In this document: piece by piece, positions 10,578 to 19,878 of the stretch
Position numbering within the stretch: the stretch's first letter is position 1
Layout: the number at the start of each line of letters is the position of its first letter
IMG/VR virus record: IMGVR_UViG_3300032116_000067
Span: 1 to 64,000 of that record
Length of the DNA stretch: 64,000 nucleotides
Origin: a virus
Strand: one strand, 5' to 3'
Made by a program: the position numbers and the translations under genes
Notes under the pieces: model-generated
Told to the model about the DNA's origin: nothing
What the model saw: the letters and a program-made list of their open reading frames with translations, nothing else
Databases searched by the model: none

Positions 10578-11281
10578 TAGCTATTCTTTTGTACTTCTTG
10601 TGATTCACGTTGGTACTGGTTCATACTCTCTATGTCACCGGCAAGAATAGCAGCTGCCTGATCTACCAGGATTTCTGCGATATCGTCTTTGAACTCACAC
10701 TCCTGGTTAGCCGTAAAAGTCTGTCCAGTAGATGGATTAACACAACCCAGGAACTGTACGGTCCGGGGAAGCCGGTAGTAAACCAGCCCAATATCAGTGA
10801 TGTTAAACTCACCATTGGTATAGACCCGGATCTTGTCACCCACCAGCGTACTCAGAGTCTCAGCCCATTCAAAGCTGGGTCCTTTAGTATCACTAGTCAG
10901 TAAGACACCCATGTTGGCTTCTTCTGCTTCATAGACGACCATCTTACGTTTGTCCGGGCAGCATGTGCTATTTGCATAGACATCGGCCCGCACGTAGTAG
11001 AGATAGTCACCAGGAAGCGTAGCTTCAAAGAACGTTTTCTTGTCTGTGATCGGTAGAAGATCTACGCTCTTCATCAGAACACGCAGATCATCTACCAAGC
11101 CGGTTGACTGTTCGGATCCCTCTTTACGGGTATTGATCCCGTAGATCATCCTACGCACCCACTCAAGCTGAGCTTTGTTGAAAGCTTCCTGGACCATCCA
11201 GCACTCAAGGTTGTCATAGTCAAAACTGGCGAGTTTGTTAAGTCGCTGTTTTATCTTGATCTGTAAGAGGTTGTTATTCAT
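10577..11281 (-). CDS. crAss-like head-tail ring/neck protein (putative)
   Basis: Helical N-terminus 'FNKAQ.EW' and 'Y(Y)R.P' motif; syntenic position. Confidence 0.55.
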   Translation of the reverse strand: MNNNLLQIKIKQRLNKLASFDYDNLECWMVQEAFNKAQLEWVRRMIYGINTRKEGSEQSTGLVDDLRVLMKSVDLLPITDKKTFFEATLPGDYLYYVRADVYANSTCCPDKRKMVVYEAEEANMGVLLTSDTKGPSFEWAETLSTLVGDKIRVYTNGEFNITDIGLVYYRLPRTVQFLGCVNPSTGQTFTANQECEFKDDIAEILVDQAAAILAGDIESMNQYQRESQEVQKNS

Positions 11282-11287
11282 ATCGTA

Positions 11288-12301
11288 TTAAGCGTTCCAG
11301 TATTTTTCTACTTTCTTAGTGAGGTCTATCAGGATCTCCTCGTTCAGGGGATTCTTCAGATACTCCACCACATCTGTCGGTGTGCGACCCATCATCGTAC
11401 CAGTTTGCATGTGATAGATAAATCCATCTGCTTTGGTACTAATGAACTTGTAGTAAGAGCTGTCCTTGACGATCGAGCGGATCTTGAGGGTCTCCATATC
11501 GAGCCCGGCAGTATCCAGGAAACGCTGAGCGGTCTTGCGTTTGTCTTTCTCTATAAGATCTCCATTGATGTACTTATCCATGTTGTCATAGATAATATCA
11601 TTCGGAGTGCTCTTCTTGTACTGGGCCGAGTTGGGGTCCAGGACTTTAGCCACATAGAGCAGCTTGTTTTGGTTCTTATCAAAGAGCTTCTGCAGTTCAG
11701 ATAAAGCTTTGTTACGAAGTTTCTTCACCTCAGTTTGGATAGAAGCCGTTTCTTCCAGCTTATCCAGGTAGAACTTAGGCGGCACCGGCATACGTCGGGC
11801 TTCTTCCAGGCTTTTAGCTATGATAGAAAAACCACCAGTTTCTATTGCGTACATCCTGATCAAATCATACGGGTCTTTATCAGGCTCCAAATAAATAGGC
11901 TCGTTACCACAGCGGATCTTGATCTTATCCCAGAACTCAGCGTTATCCGGCTTCATGAGTTTAATCTTGTTCCAGAACTGCTCATCACTAGGATCCACTA
12001 CATTAGCAGCCAGTTCTTTTTCCAACTGAGCTACGATCTGGCGGATCTGCTTGATCTTGGCTTCTTGTTCATCCAGTGGAAGATCTTTGACTTCCGGGGC
12101 AAACTCATTGAGACCAGTGAGGTATCGTTTGATACCGTTGATTTCCAGACAAGCCAGTTGCTCTTCATGGAAAGCTCCGTCAAACAGACTTAGTCCGTAC
12201 TTCTGAAGTCCCATATTGTCCACGATCGGATCAAAATAAGGACGGATAGCGATCGTACTTCTCTTGTTCTGCGGGTACTTTTCTACGACTGTTACACTCA
12301 T
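11288..12301 (-). CDS. Conserved crAss-like capsid-module protein
   Basis: 337-aa ORF in the capsid operon. Confidence 0.55.
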   Translation of the reverse strand: MSVTVVEKYPQNKRSTIAIRPYFDPIVDNMGLQKYGLSLFDGAFHEEQLACLEINGIKRYLTGLNEFAPEVKDLPLDEQEAKIKQIRQIVAQLEKELAANVVDPSDEQFWNKIKLMKPDNAEFWDKIKIRCGNEPIYLEPDKDPYDLIRMYAIETGGFSIIAKSLEEARRMPVPPKFYLDKLEETASIQTEVKKLRNKALSELQKLFDKNQNKLLYVAKVLDPNSAQYKKSTPNDIIYDNMDKYINGDLIEKDKRKTAQRFLDTAGLDMETLKIRSIVKDSSYYKFISTKADGFIYHMQTGTMMGRTPTDVVEYLKNPLNEEILIDLTKKVEKYWNA

Positions 12302-12493
12302 CGTTTGGTTTTTTGGTTTTTAAGTATCCGGTTCTTCCGGATATTAGGACCTGTCGGAGTGGTAGGCTCCCAAGGGTACAATCCCAACAGGTCGGAGCTT
12401 AGATACGGAGACCTAAGCGGTGTTAAAAGACTCAGACTGGTGCGGGTGTTTTAGCCAGTAAAACTGGTAGCTGTTAACCGTTCTGAGTACTGT

Positions 12494-12679
12494 TTACTTA
12501 GAACTAGCGTCGGCCGCGTTACGTCCAAGAAGTGCACTAAGTACACCGGTGGCAATAACTGTCCAGTTAGTTTCTCCGGACTGCAGCAGCTGCTGTGTTA
12601 CAGTAAGAGCACAGATAGCATATCCAATAAGAGATGTTACCGGTGACTTACCAAAAAGAACTGATGTTAAGGTTTTCAT
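12494..12679 (-). CDS. Small two-TM membrane protein (holin-like)
   Basis: MKTLTSVLFGKSPVTSLIG... with two hydrophobic segments. Confidence 0.55.
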   Translation of the reverse strand: MKTLTSVLFGKSPVTSLIGYAICALTVTQQLLQSGETNWTVIATGVLSALLGRNAADASSK

Positions 12680-12695
12680 AAGGCTTGTTTTAAGT

Positions 12696-13652
12696 TTAAG
12701 CTGCCTCGGTTTCAGAGTCAGCAAACTCAGTTAAATACGTTTGGTACTTGCGGTCGAGATAGACGGTGGCGTCTTTGTAGAGGAGGGTGGCTATCTTTCT
12801 AGCATCCTGTCCGTAGTAAGAAACCCGATAAAAGTTTTTACCCGGTGCCTTGGTAGGATATTTTTCTTTTACACCTGCTGCTTGTGAGCAATACAGAATA
12901 AAATCAAATATTGTTTCTAAAGTACCACACAAAAAAATGTGCGAAATAGTTTTAGAACCTGACGGATGTTTATATAATCCACCATCACCATCTATACAAC
13001 CGCGCCAGAAGTCTCGAGATTGTTTAAGCAACTCGTGAGGAGCTATAGAAGTACTTTTATTAGAAGTAAATCCTAACTCGACCAGTCGGTCTCTAAGTCT
13101 GCGTGAGTTAACACGTAGTCTTTTAGAGTCATGACCATTGATTACTTTTCGGTTACATCCTAAAAACTGTCTAAACTTTTCCAGGTGGGGCTCGTCATTG
13201 TCATGTAAAGTAAGTTCTAATGAAGCTTCTCTAGTTTGACTTATATGACCATCTGTGTACATCATCCCTATCCAATACAACGCTTCAGGTGTTAACTCAT
13301 CAAAAGCCTGATGATTGATCTCTGTCGCGTGTCTGATGTGGTGCTGATCAGAAAGATCTCGATAATCTACACCGACCGACTTTAAAAGCTCCCGTATTGT
13401 TTTTCGGGTAAGCTTTAGCGTCTGCTCAATATAGATTTGAGATTTACCTTCCTGGTAGAGCTCTACAACTTTTTTCAGAGTTTCTTCTCTTGACTTTTTA
13501 CGGTCTTCATCGTAGTCAATACCAAACTGTGAAAGAACTTTTTTTACCGTCGGCTGGGAGGAAGATGTTAACTGAGTGATTTCAGTTAACATCTTTCCTT
13601 CTTTATACAGCCTTAGTATTTCTTCGGACTTAGTCTTCGTAGGGTTGTACAT
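12696..13652 (-). CDS. Free-standing LAGLIDADG homing endonuclease with N-terminal HTH repeats
   Basis: YWIGMMYTDG and FWRGCIDGDG motifs; start refined to MYNPTK, downstream of a TATATTTG box at 13672-13679. Confidence 0.85.
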   Translation of the reverse strand: MYNPTKTKSEEILRLYKEGKMLTEITQLTSSSQPTVKKVLSQFGIDYDEDRKKSREETLKKVVELYQEGKSQIYIEQTLKLTRKTIRELLKSVGVDYRDLSDQHHIRHATEINHQAFDELTPEALYWIGMMYTDGHISQTREASLELTLHDNDEPHLEKFRQFLGCNRKVINGHDSKRLRVNSRRLRDRLVELGFTSNKSTSIAPHELLKQSRDFWRGCIDGDGGLYKHPSGSKTISHIFLCGTLETIFDFILYCSQAAGVKEKYPTKAPGKNFYRVSYYGQDARKIATLLYKDATVYLDRKYQTYLTEFADSETEAA

Positions 13653-13726
13653 ATTGTAGATGTTTACTCTACAAATATACAACAAGTTCTACAAATTGTT
13701 ATACAAAATCCGATACTTTTAATTAC

Positions 13727-15352
13727 TCAAAACGAACCGCCAGTTACAGGGTTGCGCATGACTATCTTAAGGACTTTTGTTGGATCCTTAACCCAGATAG
13801 CAGGCATCGTCTGCGTCATGAATACGCGGTAGCCGTTGAAGTTTCCAGAAGACTGGAAGCCTTGCGTACGACCCATGTAGTCCATGGTACCGTTCTGGTA
13901 GAACCATTTCAGTTGGTTGTCCCAGCTCAGTTTCAGCATGAAGATGTTGTCATTGGTGTTCTCCGTAATGTCGAAGATGATGAAGTTGTAGCTGGACAGC
14001 GGGAAACCGTCAATGATTGGGTTCTCAATGTCATTGGTGTGGATGTTATCGAACGCCGGGTTCAGCACAAACTTCACGTTAGCCAGGAACGGAATAACGT
14101 ACTGAGTGTAAGCAAAACCGAAGTTCAGATCCATACCTTTGCCGGTGATTGCACCAATTTCAGAAGCATCAATTACCAAACCCGAGTTAACTGTCTCGCG
14201 TCGAATAGCTTCATTAACGAGTTTCATACCGCCAAGACCAGTTTGTACAATCAACTGACGCTTGGGATCCGGACCCTGAAACTCAACTTTACCATTGAAG
14301 AAATTGAAGATCTCACTCTTAAACAGATCCAGGTTGAATGAGCCTTTGTTGTAGATACGCTTGAACGAGTTGTCGAGCTGCTTCCACAGACCCACAGAGA
14401 GGCGGATATCATCCGGACCGTCCTGCTTTACTTTACCACCCTGACCCCACATGAGGTAAGTTTCGATATCGTTAGCAATCTTGGTCAGGTGAGCTGCTTC
14501 CAGGGTGGTCAAGAATGTGCGGGTAAGCTGGCCGGACTGGTAAGCCTTCTTCACGTAGTCCTTACCCATTTTAGAAGCCATGTTCTCAAGAGAATTGATA
14601 GAAGGATCTTTCAGAGCCTCGTTATCAAAGTTCCTCCAGAGCTCAACAACTGGTACGGTACCATCAGCCTTCATACCACCCTTCATCATCAGGTCAGCCC
14701 TGGACGAGATAGAGTAATGTACGTGGGCTTCTGCGCCACCAACATAGTTGTAGAACTCACGGAAACCAGCGGATACATTACCCAGGTCAGAGAAACGCTC
14801 GCCGTATTCACCACGGGCAGAACCCTTGCGGAATACTTTGGTTCCTACTTTCAGGTACTTGTTGTCCAGGTACTTGGCGTTGTCGTTGTTAACAAGCTGC
14901 ACCGTGTAGATAAAACCGTCACCGGCAGGGATGATATCATCAGCCGTGATATACATTTCAACACCGTTGTACTTGTCATAGGTGATGATATCACCATGTC
15001 CAAACGAACGCTTGTTTACTTTGATTTTGAAGCTCTGACCGTCGATGCCCTTAGTGGCATTAGCGGATTCTATATCTTCTGTGATATAGGGAAGATCCTG
15101 AGCAACAGGGATCTGCCATTTGTACTCACCTCTCGCATTATCTACAGAGATAATGTTCTTTCCTCCAAAGCTGGACATCTGGTACAAAGGCATTTCTACC
15201 TTTTGAGCCATGGCCCACAAGTCTACCGGACCGAGGTCGGTAGGCTCTGCACTCTTGAGGAGGTTTGACAGGTGGTACGAGTCTACGTGAGAGCTAGTCT
15301 GATAACTAGTATCCCGTAGAAAGATACCATTGTTCAAAACTGGAGTTGCCAT
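13727..15352 (-). CDS. Major capsid protein (crAss-like)
   Basis: 541 aa with strongly biased codon usage; order terminase-portal-acidic protein-capsid as in Crassvirales. Confidence 0.8.
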   Translation of the reverse strand: MATPVLNNGIFLRDTSYQTSSHVDSYHLSNLLKSAEPTDLGPVDLWAMAQKVEMPLYQMSSFGGKNIISVDNARGEYKWQIPVAQDLPYITEDIESANATKGIDGQSFKIKVNKRSFGHGDIITYDKYNGVEMYITADDIIPAGDGFIYTVQLVNNDNAKYLDNKYLKVGTKVFRKGSARGEYGERFSDLGNVSAGFREFYNYVGGAEAHVHYSISSRADLMMKGGMKADGTVPVVELWRNFDNEALKDPSINSLENMASKMGKDYVKKAYQSGQLTRTFLTTLEAAHLTKIANDIETYLMWGQGGKVKQDGPDDIRLSVGLWKQLDNSFKRIYNKGSFNLDLFKSEIFNFFNGKVEFQGPDPKRQLIVQTGLGGMKLVNEAIRRETVNSGLVIDASEIGAITGKGMDLNFGFAYTQYVIPFLANVKFVLNPAFDNIHTNDIENPIIDGFPLSSYNFIIFDITENTNDNIFMLKLSWDNQLKWFYQNGTMDYMGRTQGFQSSGNFNGYRVFMTQTMPAIWVKDPTKVLKIVMRNPVTGGSF

Positions 15353-15382
15353 AGGGCATCGGATTTAGGGGGTTAATAAGAA

Positions 15383-16663
15383 TTAGCGTTTGAATATGTT
15401 CTGAGGCCTGGAAATCTTACGACTTCTGGGCTCGTCATCATCTTGTTGGGTAGAGACGTTTCTACGACTCTGTTCTGTCTTTAACTGGCGTACTGTCTGT
15501 TCGACGGCTTGGTTCTTACCTTGTTTGACCAGGGTCTGACGGTACTCATCCGGATTAGAAAGCAACCAAAGGGCTTCTGCAATCAGCGGATAGTTAGGTT
15601 CTACAAACTGGTACTTCTCAAGTAAGTGTCCAAGCAGGTTGGTTGGGCGTCCACTAATTGAAGGATACTGGGGCTGAATCAATCCGGAGTACAGCTGGGC
15701 CTGAGTCTTTTTGTCCAACTTAAGACCATTGATCTCAGCAGGACGAAGAGCTTCAAACACGTTCTGCATGTAAGCTTGGGCGGCTTGCTCTTGCTGTTGT
15801 TTGCGGCTTTCTTGTTCTGCCAACTGAGCTTGGACGATCTCTTCCTGCATCTGGTCAAGCTTCGGCTTAAACTGCTTGGCTTTCTTCTCCAAAACACCCA
15901 GATCTTTCCACGTAGCCAGTTCTTCGTCAATTTCCTCATCGGTACCAAAACCGGTAGCACTGAGGTAAGAACGAACAATACCTTCCTGGTCATTTTCGTC
16001 GGTCGGATCTAAAGATCTAACCTGTTCTACCTGGGCGAGAGCCTGGAACAGACCTTTGAGATCTTGACCACCGTCCATTACGTACTTAGCTGCGTACTGC
16101 AGCTCATCAGGTAAAGACTCAAAGAACTCTTGTGGGGTCTTGGCAGCTACCTCTTGTTTGAGGTTATCCATGTTAGCTTGCCAGAGCTCCTCTATATCTT
16201 TTTCCGCGAGACTACCGAGGTAGTCATCGAGGGTTTGTTTGCTTTCATCGTAGTCATCAAAGGCAAACATCTCCTTTGACTCTATGCGTTTTTTCAAGAA
16301 CTCTACAAGACCAGACTTTTCCGTCTTGGGTCGGCCGCCCTTAGACTTGGTGTTGTCGTCTTGTGAATCATCATCGTTAGTCAGATCATCAAAGATGTCT
16401 GTAGATGTTCCACGGGAAACTCCACCTTCTTTGTCTTTGTTATCTCCTCCAGAATCATCTTTGGATGAATCTGTGGTCTTATCATCAGCATCATTGACTT
16501 TGTCAACAAAGCTCATGTCCATACCACCTTTAGAGAAGATATTTGGTTTAGCGGGTTCTGAATCTGGTAGCACAATGCTATCAGCACCCGGGGCACCCAG
16601 CCAGCTGTCTATATCAAGATCTACTTGTTGTACACTGGTCTGTACATTGGTTTGATTGTCCAT
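15383..16663 (-). CDS. Acidic scaffold-like protein upstream of the capsid gene
   Basis: Asp-rich disordered N-terminus plus coiled coil; lies between portal and capsid. Confidence 0.6.
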   Translation of the reverse strand: MDNQTNVQTSVQQVDLDIDSWLGAPGADSIVLPDSEPAKPNIFSKGGMDMSFVDKVNDADDKTTDSSKDDSGGDNKDKEGGVSRGTSTDIFDDLTNDDDSQDDNTKSKGGRPKTEKSGLVEFLKKRIESKEMFAFDDYDESKQTLDDYLGSLAEKDIEELWQANMDNLKQEVAAKTPQEFFESLPDELQYAAKYVMDGGQDLKGLFQALAQVEQVRSLDPTDENDQEGIVRSYLSATGFGTDEEIDEELATWKDLGVLEKKAKQFKPKLDQMQEEIVQAQLAEQESRKQQQEQAAQAYMQNVFEALRPAEINGLKLDKKTQAQLYSGLIQPQYPSISGRPTNLLGHLLEKYQFVEPNYPLIAEALWLLSNPDEYRQTLVKQGKNQAVEQTVRQLKTEQSRRNVSTQQDDDEPRSRKISRPQNIFKR

Positions 16664-16690
16664 AAGTTGTATTGGTTTTTACTGCTTAGT

Positions 16691-16708
16691 TCTACAATAA
16701 AAATATAC
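16691..16708 (-). promoter_or_regulatory. Late-promoter-like motif variant (GTATATTTTTATTGTAGA)
   Basis: Near match to the 17-mer, directly upstream of the scaffold/capsid genes. Confidence 0.55.
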
Positions 16709-16795
16709 AACTTTAAACCCTTAAAATTTAGAGAACTTAGTGTAGAGCTACCTGAAGTATGGATAATAGAGCTATGACTTACTCACCGAAAAAGT

Positions 16796-19549
16796 TTATT
16801 TTTCTTTGAGTTTGCCTGATGCCTTCAGTTCAGACTTTGTCTTGTTTTCTCGGGCAATCTGAAGTTGTTTCTCAGCTATCTCTTTTTGAGTCTGCAGCTT
16901 CTCTCTTTCAATCTGCAGTTTCTGACCACCTTGTTCTTTCTTAGTCAGCTCAGACTCTCGTTTGAGATTCATCTGATCCTGGTAGCGTTGTTCGCTACGC
17001 ATGCCTTCTATGAAATCCTGGTAGTCAGACTGCTGGTTCTTGTTAATATCAGCCATGGAACCATAACCAGCGGCCCGGATCTCAGCAACGGTGATGTCTT
17101 TTTGACGATCCAGCTCGGCTTGTTCAGCTTTGTACTCCAGATCCATTTGCTTCTGTTTCTCTTGGCTAGCAATCATCTCTTGCTGCAACTGCTGCTGCTG
17201 TTGAAGTTCAGCTTGTTTTTGAGCATTGGTTTTCTCTTCAGCATTTTTCAGCACGCCAGTAAGTTCGGCAATAGACTCAGACTTGATCACGTTACCAAGG
17301 TCATAGATAGAAGCACCGGTTGTGTTGTTGTTCAGAGCCAGTTGTTTAAGCTGCTCCATGACAGCGCGAGAGTTGGTCTTAGTCGTACAGAAGATATTCA
17401 GATCCCGAAGTAAGAGATCGGTACCGTTCATCTCAAAGTTGACCTTCTCATCTTTAGATGTGATGTATGAGAGACGTACGCTAGGCTTTTTAGAATGATA
17501 ATACTGAGCCAGGTCTGTACGCATCTGGTGCACCCGAGGCATCAGGTTATCACTATGTTGAATAAAGTACTGTTCAGTTTGAGCGTATGAAGCGTTCATA
17601 GCTTGCTCAATGCCGGTAGCAGTCTGCTGTTGAGCAATCTGCTGACCCATACGCTGTGGATTGAGACCTATCACCTCAAACGCTTGATTTTTAAAATACG
17701 TAGCCAGGTTGATCCTGGAAAGCAGACGGTTAGTCTGTTCCAGATTGAGCACCTGGTAGTGCTGGAAGTTCAAGGCGTTCTCAGTGTTCGTGATCGAGGT
17801 ATCCAGCGGCAACATCTGAAAGTTCTTCATAGCCACATAGGCTTTGGCCAGATTATTTTTACCCCAGTCTTCTCCCAGGGAGTGACGAGGTAAAGCGTTC
17901 TGGTCCAACATGATCACCGTACCGAGTTCATCTACCAAGATGTCCGCGATCTGGTTGTTCACGATGTTATAGCCGATTTGATAGGGCTTCATCAAATCTA
18001 CCAGTGAAATACTGCGGGTGTTACGATCACCAAATACAGCACCTTCCACCGGTAGCTTACAGCCATAGAGGGTAGCATCACCTTTAAACTGGAATGGAAT
18101 GCGTCCAGGTTTGCCACCGTTAAGTCCAAGATAGATCGGATTGATACCGCCGGGGTTATTCATACCCCAGAACGCAGGCCGGTTAGGACCAATCTTGATC
18201 CCGCCCCAGGTTTCGTTAATCCAAATCCACTCAATATGTTCGCCAAAGATCAGGTTGTCTTTGGTCTTTTGCTTGTATAATGCAGTATTGTAAAGAGGCT
18301 TATCTGAAATCTTGTAGCTTTCAGACACTATGTCTTGAATAATCTCACCTTCTTCTGTGATCTTGGTCAGATGACCCACTTTACGTTGACTTTTCCAATA
18401 GATGGTAGACACCCGTAAGAGATGTGTCTTACCAAAATCAATCGTGTCTTCAGAATCAGAAAGGATCCACTCGACGATGTCCCCGGTACCAAACTTGGTA
18501 TCGTAGACAGAGGTAAACTGACGATAAGCCAGCGACGGCATCTGGGTGTTCCACTCATGAGAGCGGGTGGGATCATAGTAAGTACCGTCGTTTTGGTAGC
18601 CCTGTATAGCATACCCGGCTGAACGGACAGGGTAGATGGCTTCCAGAGCTTCTAACTGTTCCTGGTTCATCATCCAGCCAAACTTGTCGATCACGTCAGA
18701 GACTGACATGAGATCCATCTTACCTACCCAGTTACCCTGGGAGATATACCGAACATCAGGACTCTTATGGTAAAAGGTGAGTAGTGGATTCCAGAGCTCT
18801 ACTTCGTAGTCATCCTCGTTCATCTTGAAGTGCCAAAACTCTCGATCCGTGATCAGCATGTCTCTGAATCCGCGCTCTTCGAGCTCTTGCATCTTGAAGC
18901 GTTCTTCGTCCACGCTCATCTGGTGGGTCGCCCACTCTTCCATCATAGACCGGTAGTCTTTACGGAAGAAAGCTTCTATCTCAGGTAGCTTCTGCAGGTT
19001 CTCAGTGGCCGTAGCTTTCTGCATCTCTTCAGAGTCCAACTCAACACCCATCCCTATCATTTCCATCATAACCCGACGTTCTGCATCTTCCAGCAGAACT
19101 TTCTCGACCATGGATCTTTTTTCCTCCATCATCTCGTTGTAAGAGATGTCGTCCACGGCTTTAAACATAATCCGGGAAGAACGCTTGGAAAACTCGTTAC
19201 AAAGAACGTTGATTACGTTAGGAACAATGGGATAGAACTTCAGCTCCAGGGCAGACTGATCTTCTTTGGTCAGGGTATCAATCAGATCCGCCATCTCGTT
19301 GTCTTCTTCTACAATGTAGTCAGTCTTGTCAATAATACCTTTGGCTAACTTGTAGTTCTTCATCAGACGACGTGCGTTACGTCGGAGCTGTTTCATCCCT
19401 TGAAACTCCAACCAATCCAAGTTCCAAGCGCGCCACTCTTCGTCTTTCTCCTTTTCAGGTAAAAACTGGATGGGTTGGGTAAGCGTACCCATCTTATTAT
19501 AGTCGGCCTTCTTTCCAGCCTTAAGATCGAGAGCGTTGTAAATCTGCAT
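16796..19549 (-). CDS. Portal protein (crAss-like)
   Basis: 917 aa; KLP..G..F, SLVDLMKPYQ..YNIV.N and Q-rich coiled C-terminus; follows the terminase. Confidence 0.85.
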   Translation of the reverse strand: MQIYNALDLKAGKKADYNKMGTLTQPIQFLPEKEKDEEWRAWNLDWLEFQGMKQLRRNARRLMKNYKLAKGIIDKTDYIVEEDNEMADLIDTLTKEDQSALELKFYPIVPNVINVLCNEFSKRSSRIMFKAVDDISYNEMMEEKRSMVEKVLLEDAERRVMMEMIGMGVELDSEEMQKATATENLQKLPEIEAFFRKDYRSMMEEWATHQMSVDEERFKMQELEERGFRDMLITDREFWHFKMNEDDYEVELWNPLLTFYHKSPDVRYISQGNWVGKMDLMSVSDVIDKFGWMMNQEQLEALEAIYPVRSAGYAIQGYQNDGTYYDPTRSHEWNTQMPSLAYRQFTSVYDTKFGTGDIVEWILSDSEDTIDFGKTHLLRVSTIYWKSQRKVGHLTKITEEGEIIQDIVSESYKISDKPLYNTALYKQKTKDNLIFGEHIEWIWINETWGGIKIGPNRPAFWGMNNPGGINPIYLGLNGGKPGRIPFQFKGDATLYGCKLPVEGAVFGDRNTRSISLVDLMKPYQIGYNIVNNQIADILVDELGTVIMLDQNALPRHSLGEDWGKNNLAKAYVAMKNFQMLPLDTSITNTENALNFQHYQVLNLEQTNRLLSRINLATYFKNQAFEVIGLNPQRMGQQIAQQQTATGIEQAMNASYAQTEQYFIQHSDNLMPRVHQMRTDLAQYYHSKKPSVRLSYITSKDEKVNFEMNGTDLLLRDLNIFCTTKTNSRAVMEQLKQLALNNNTTGASIYDLGNVIKSESIAELTGVLKNAEEKTNAQKQAELQQQQQLQQEMIASQEKQKQMDLEYKAEQAELDRQKDITVAEIRAAGYGSMADINKNQQSDYQDFIEGMRSEQRYQDQMNLKRESELTKKEQGGQKLQIEREKLQTQKEIAEKQLQIARENKTKSELKASGKLKEK

Positions 19550-19554
19550 GTTGC

Positions 19555-19878
19555 TTACGTATTTAGGTCAGCAGCTGAATTGATAGTAAAAATGCTATCA
19601 TTTGTAGTACTAATAGTACCGCTGATGGGTACATAAAACCGATAACTATCGCTGTCTACTGTGAGAGTAGAAAAAGACATCGGCATGATAATACTTTCAT
19701 AAGGTGGTATAAACTCCTTTACGGTATCCGTAGTAGCAGTTCCTATTTTCGGAGGATCCAGTTTAGCTAGATCATCTGTCTTCAGTAAAAGCAGAGCTTC
19801 TTCAAACGTGACGGCGTTCTCTTTTACCAACCGGGAGAGAAGCGTGACTTTCTGTTGGTACAGGGTACTGTTTTCCAT
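19555..19878 (-). CDS. Hypothetical protein
   Basis: Fills the terminase-portal gap and is coupled by a stop/start overlap. Confidence 0.55.
   Translation of the reverse strand: MENSTLYQQKVTLLSRLVKENAVTFEEALLLLKTDDLAKLDPPKIGTATTDTVKEFIPPYESIIMPMSFSTLTVDSDSYRFYVPISGTISTTNDSIFTINSAADLNT

Noticed and set aside
9272-15268. Long antisense ORFs (for example 9272-10144 and 14489-15268, also 61652-62236)
   Set aside because: They are shadows of strongly codon-biased genes on the opposite strand and carry no recognisable motifs.
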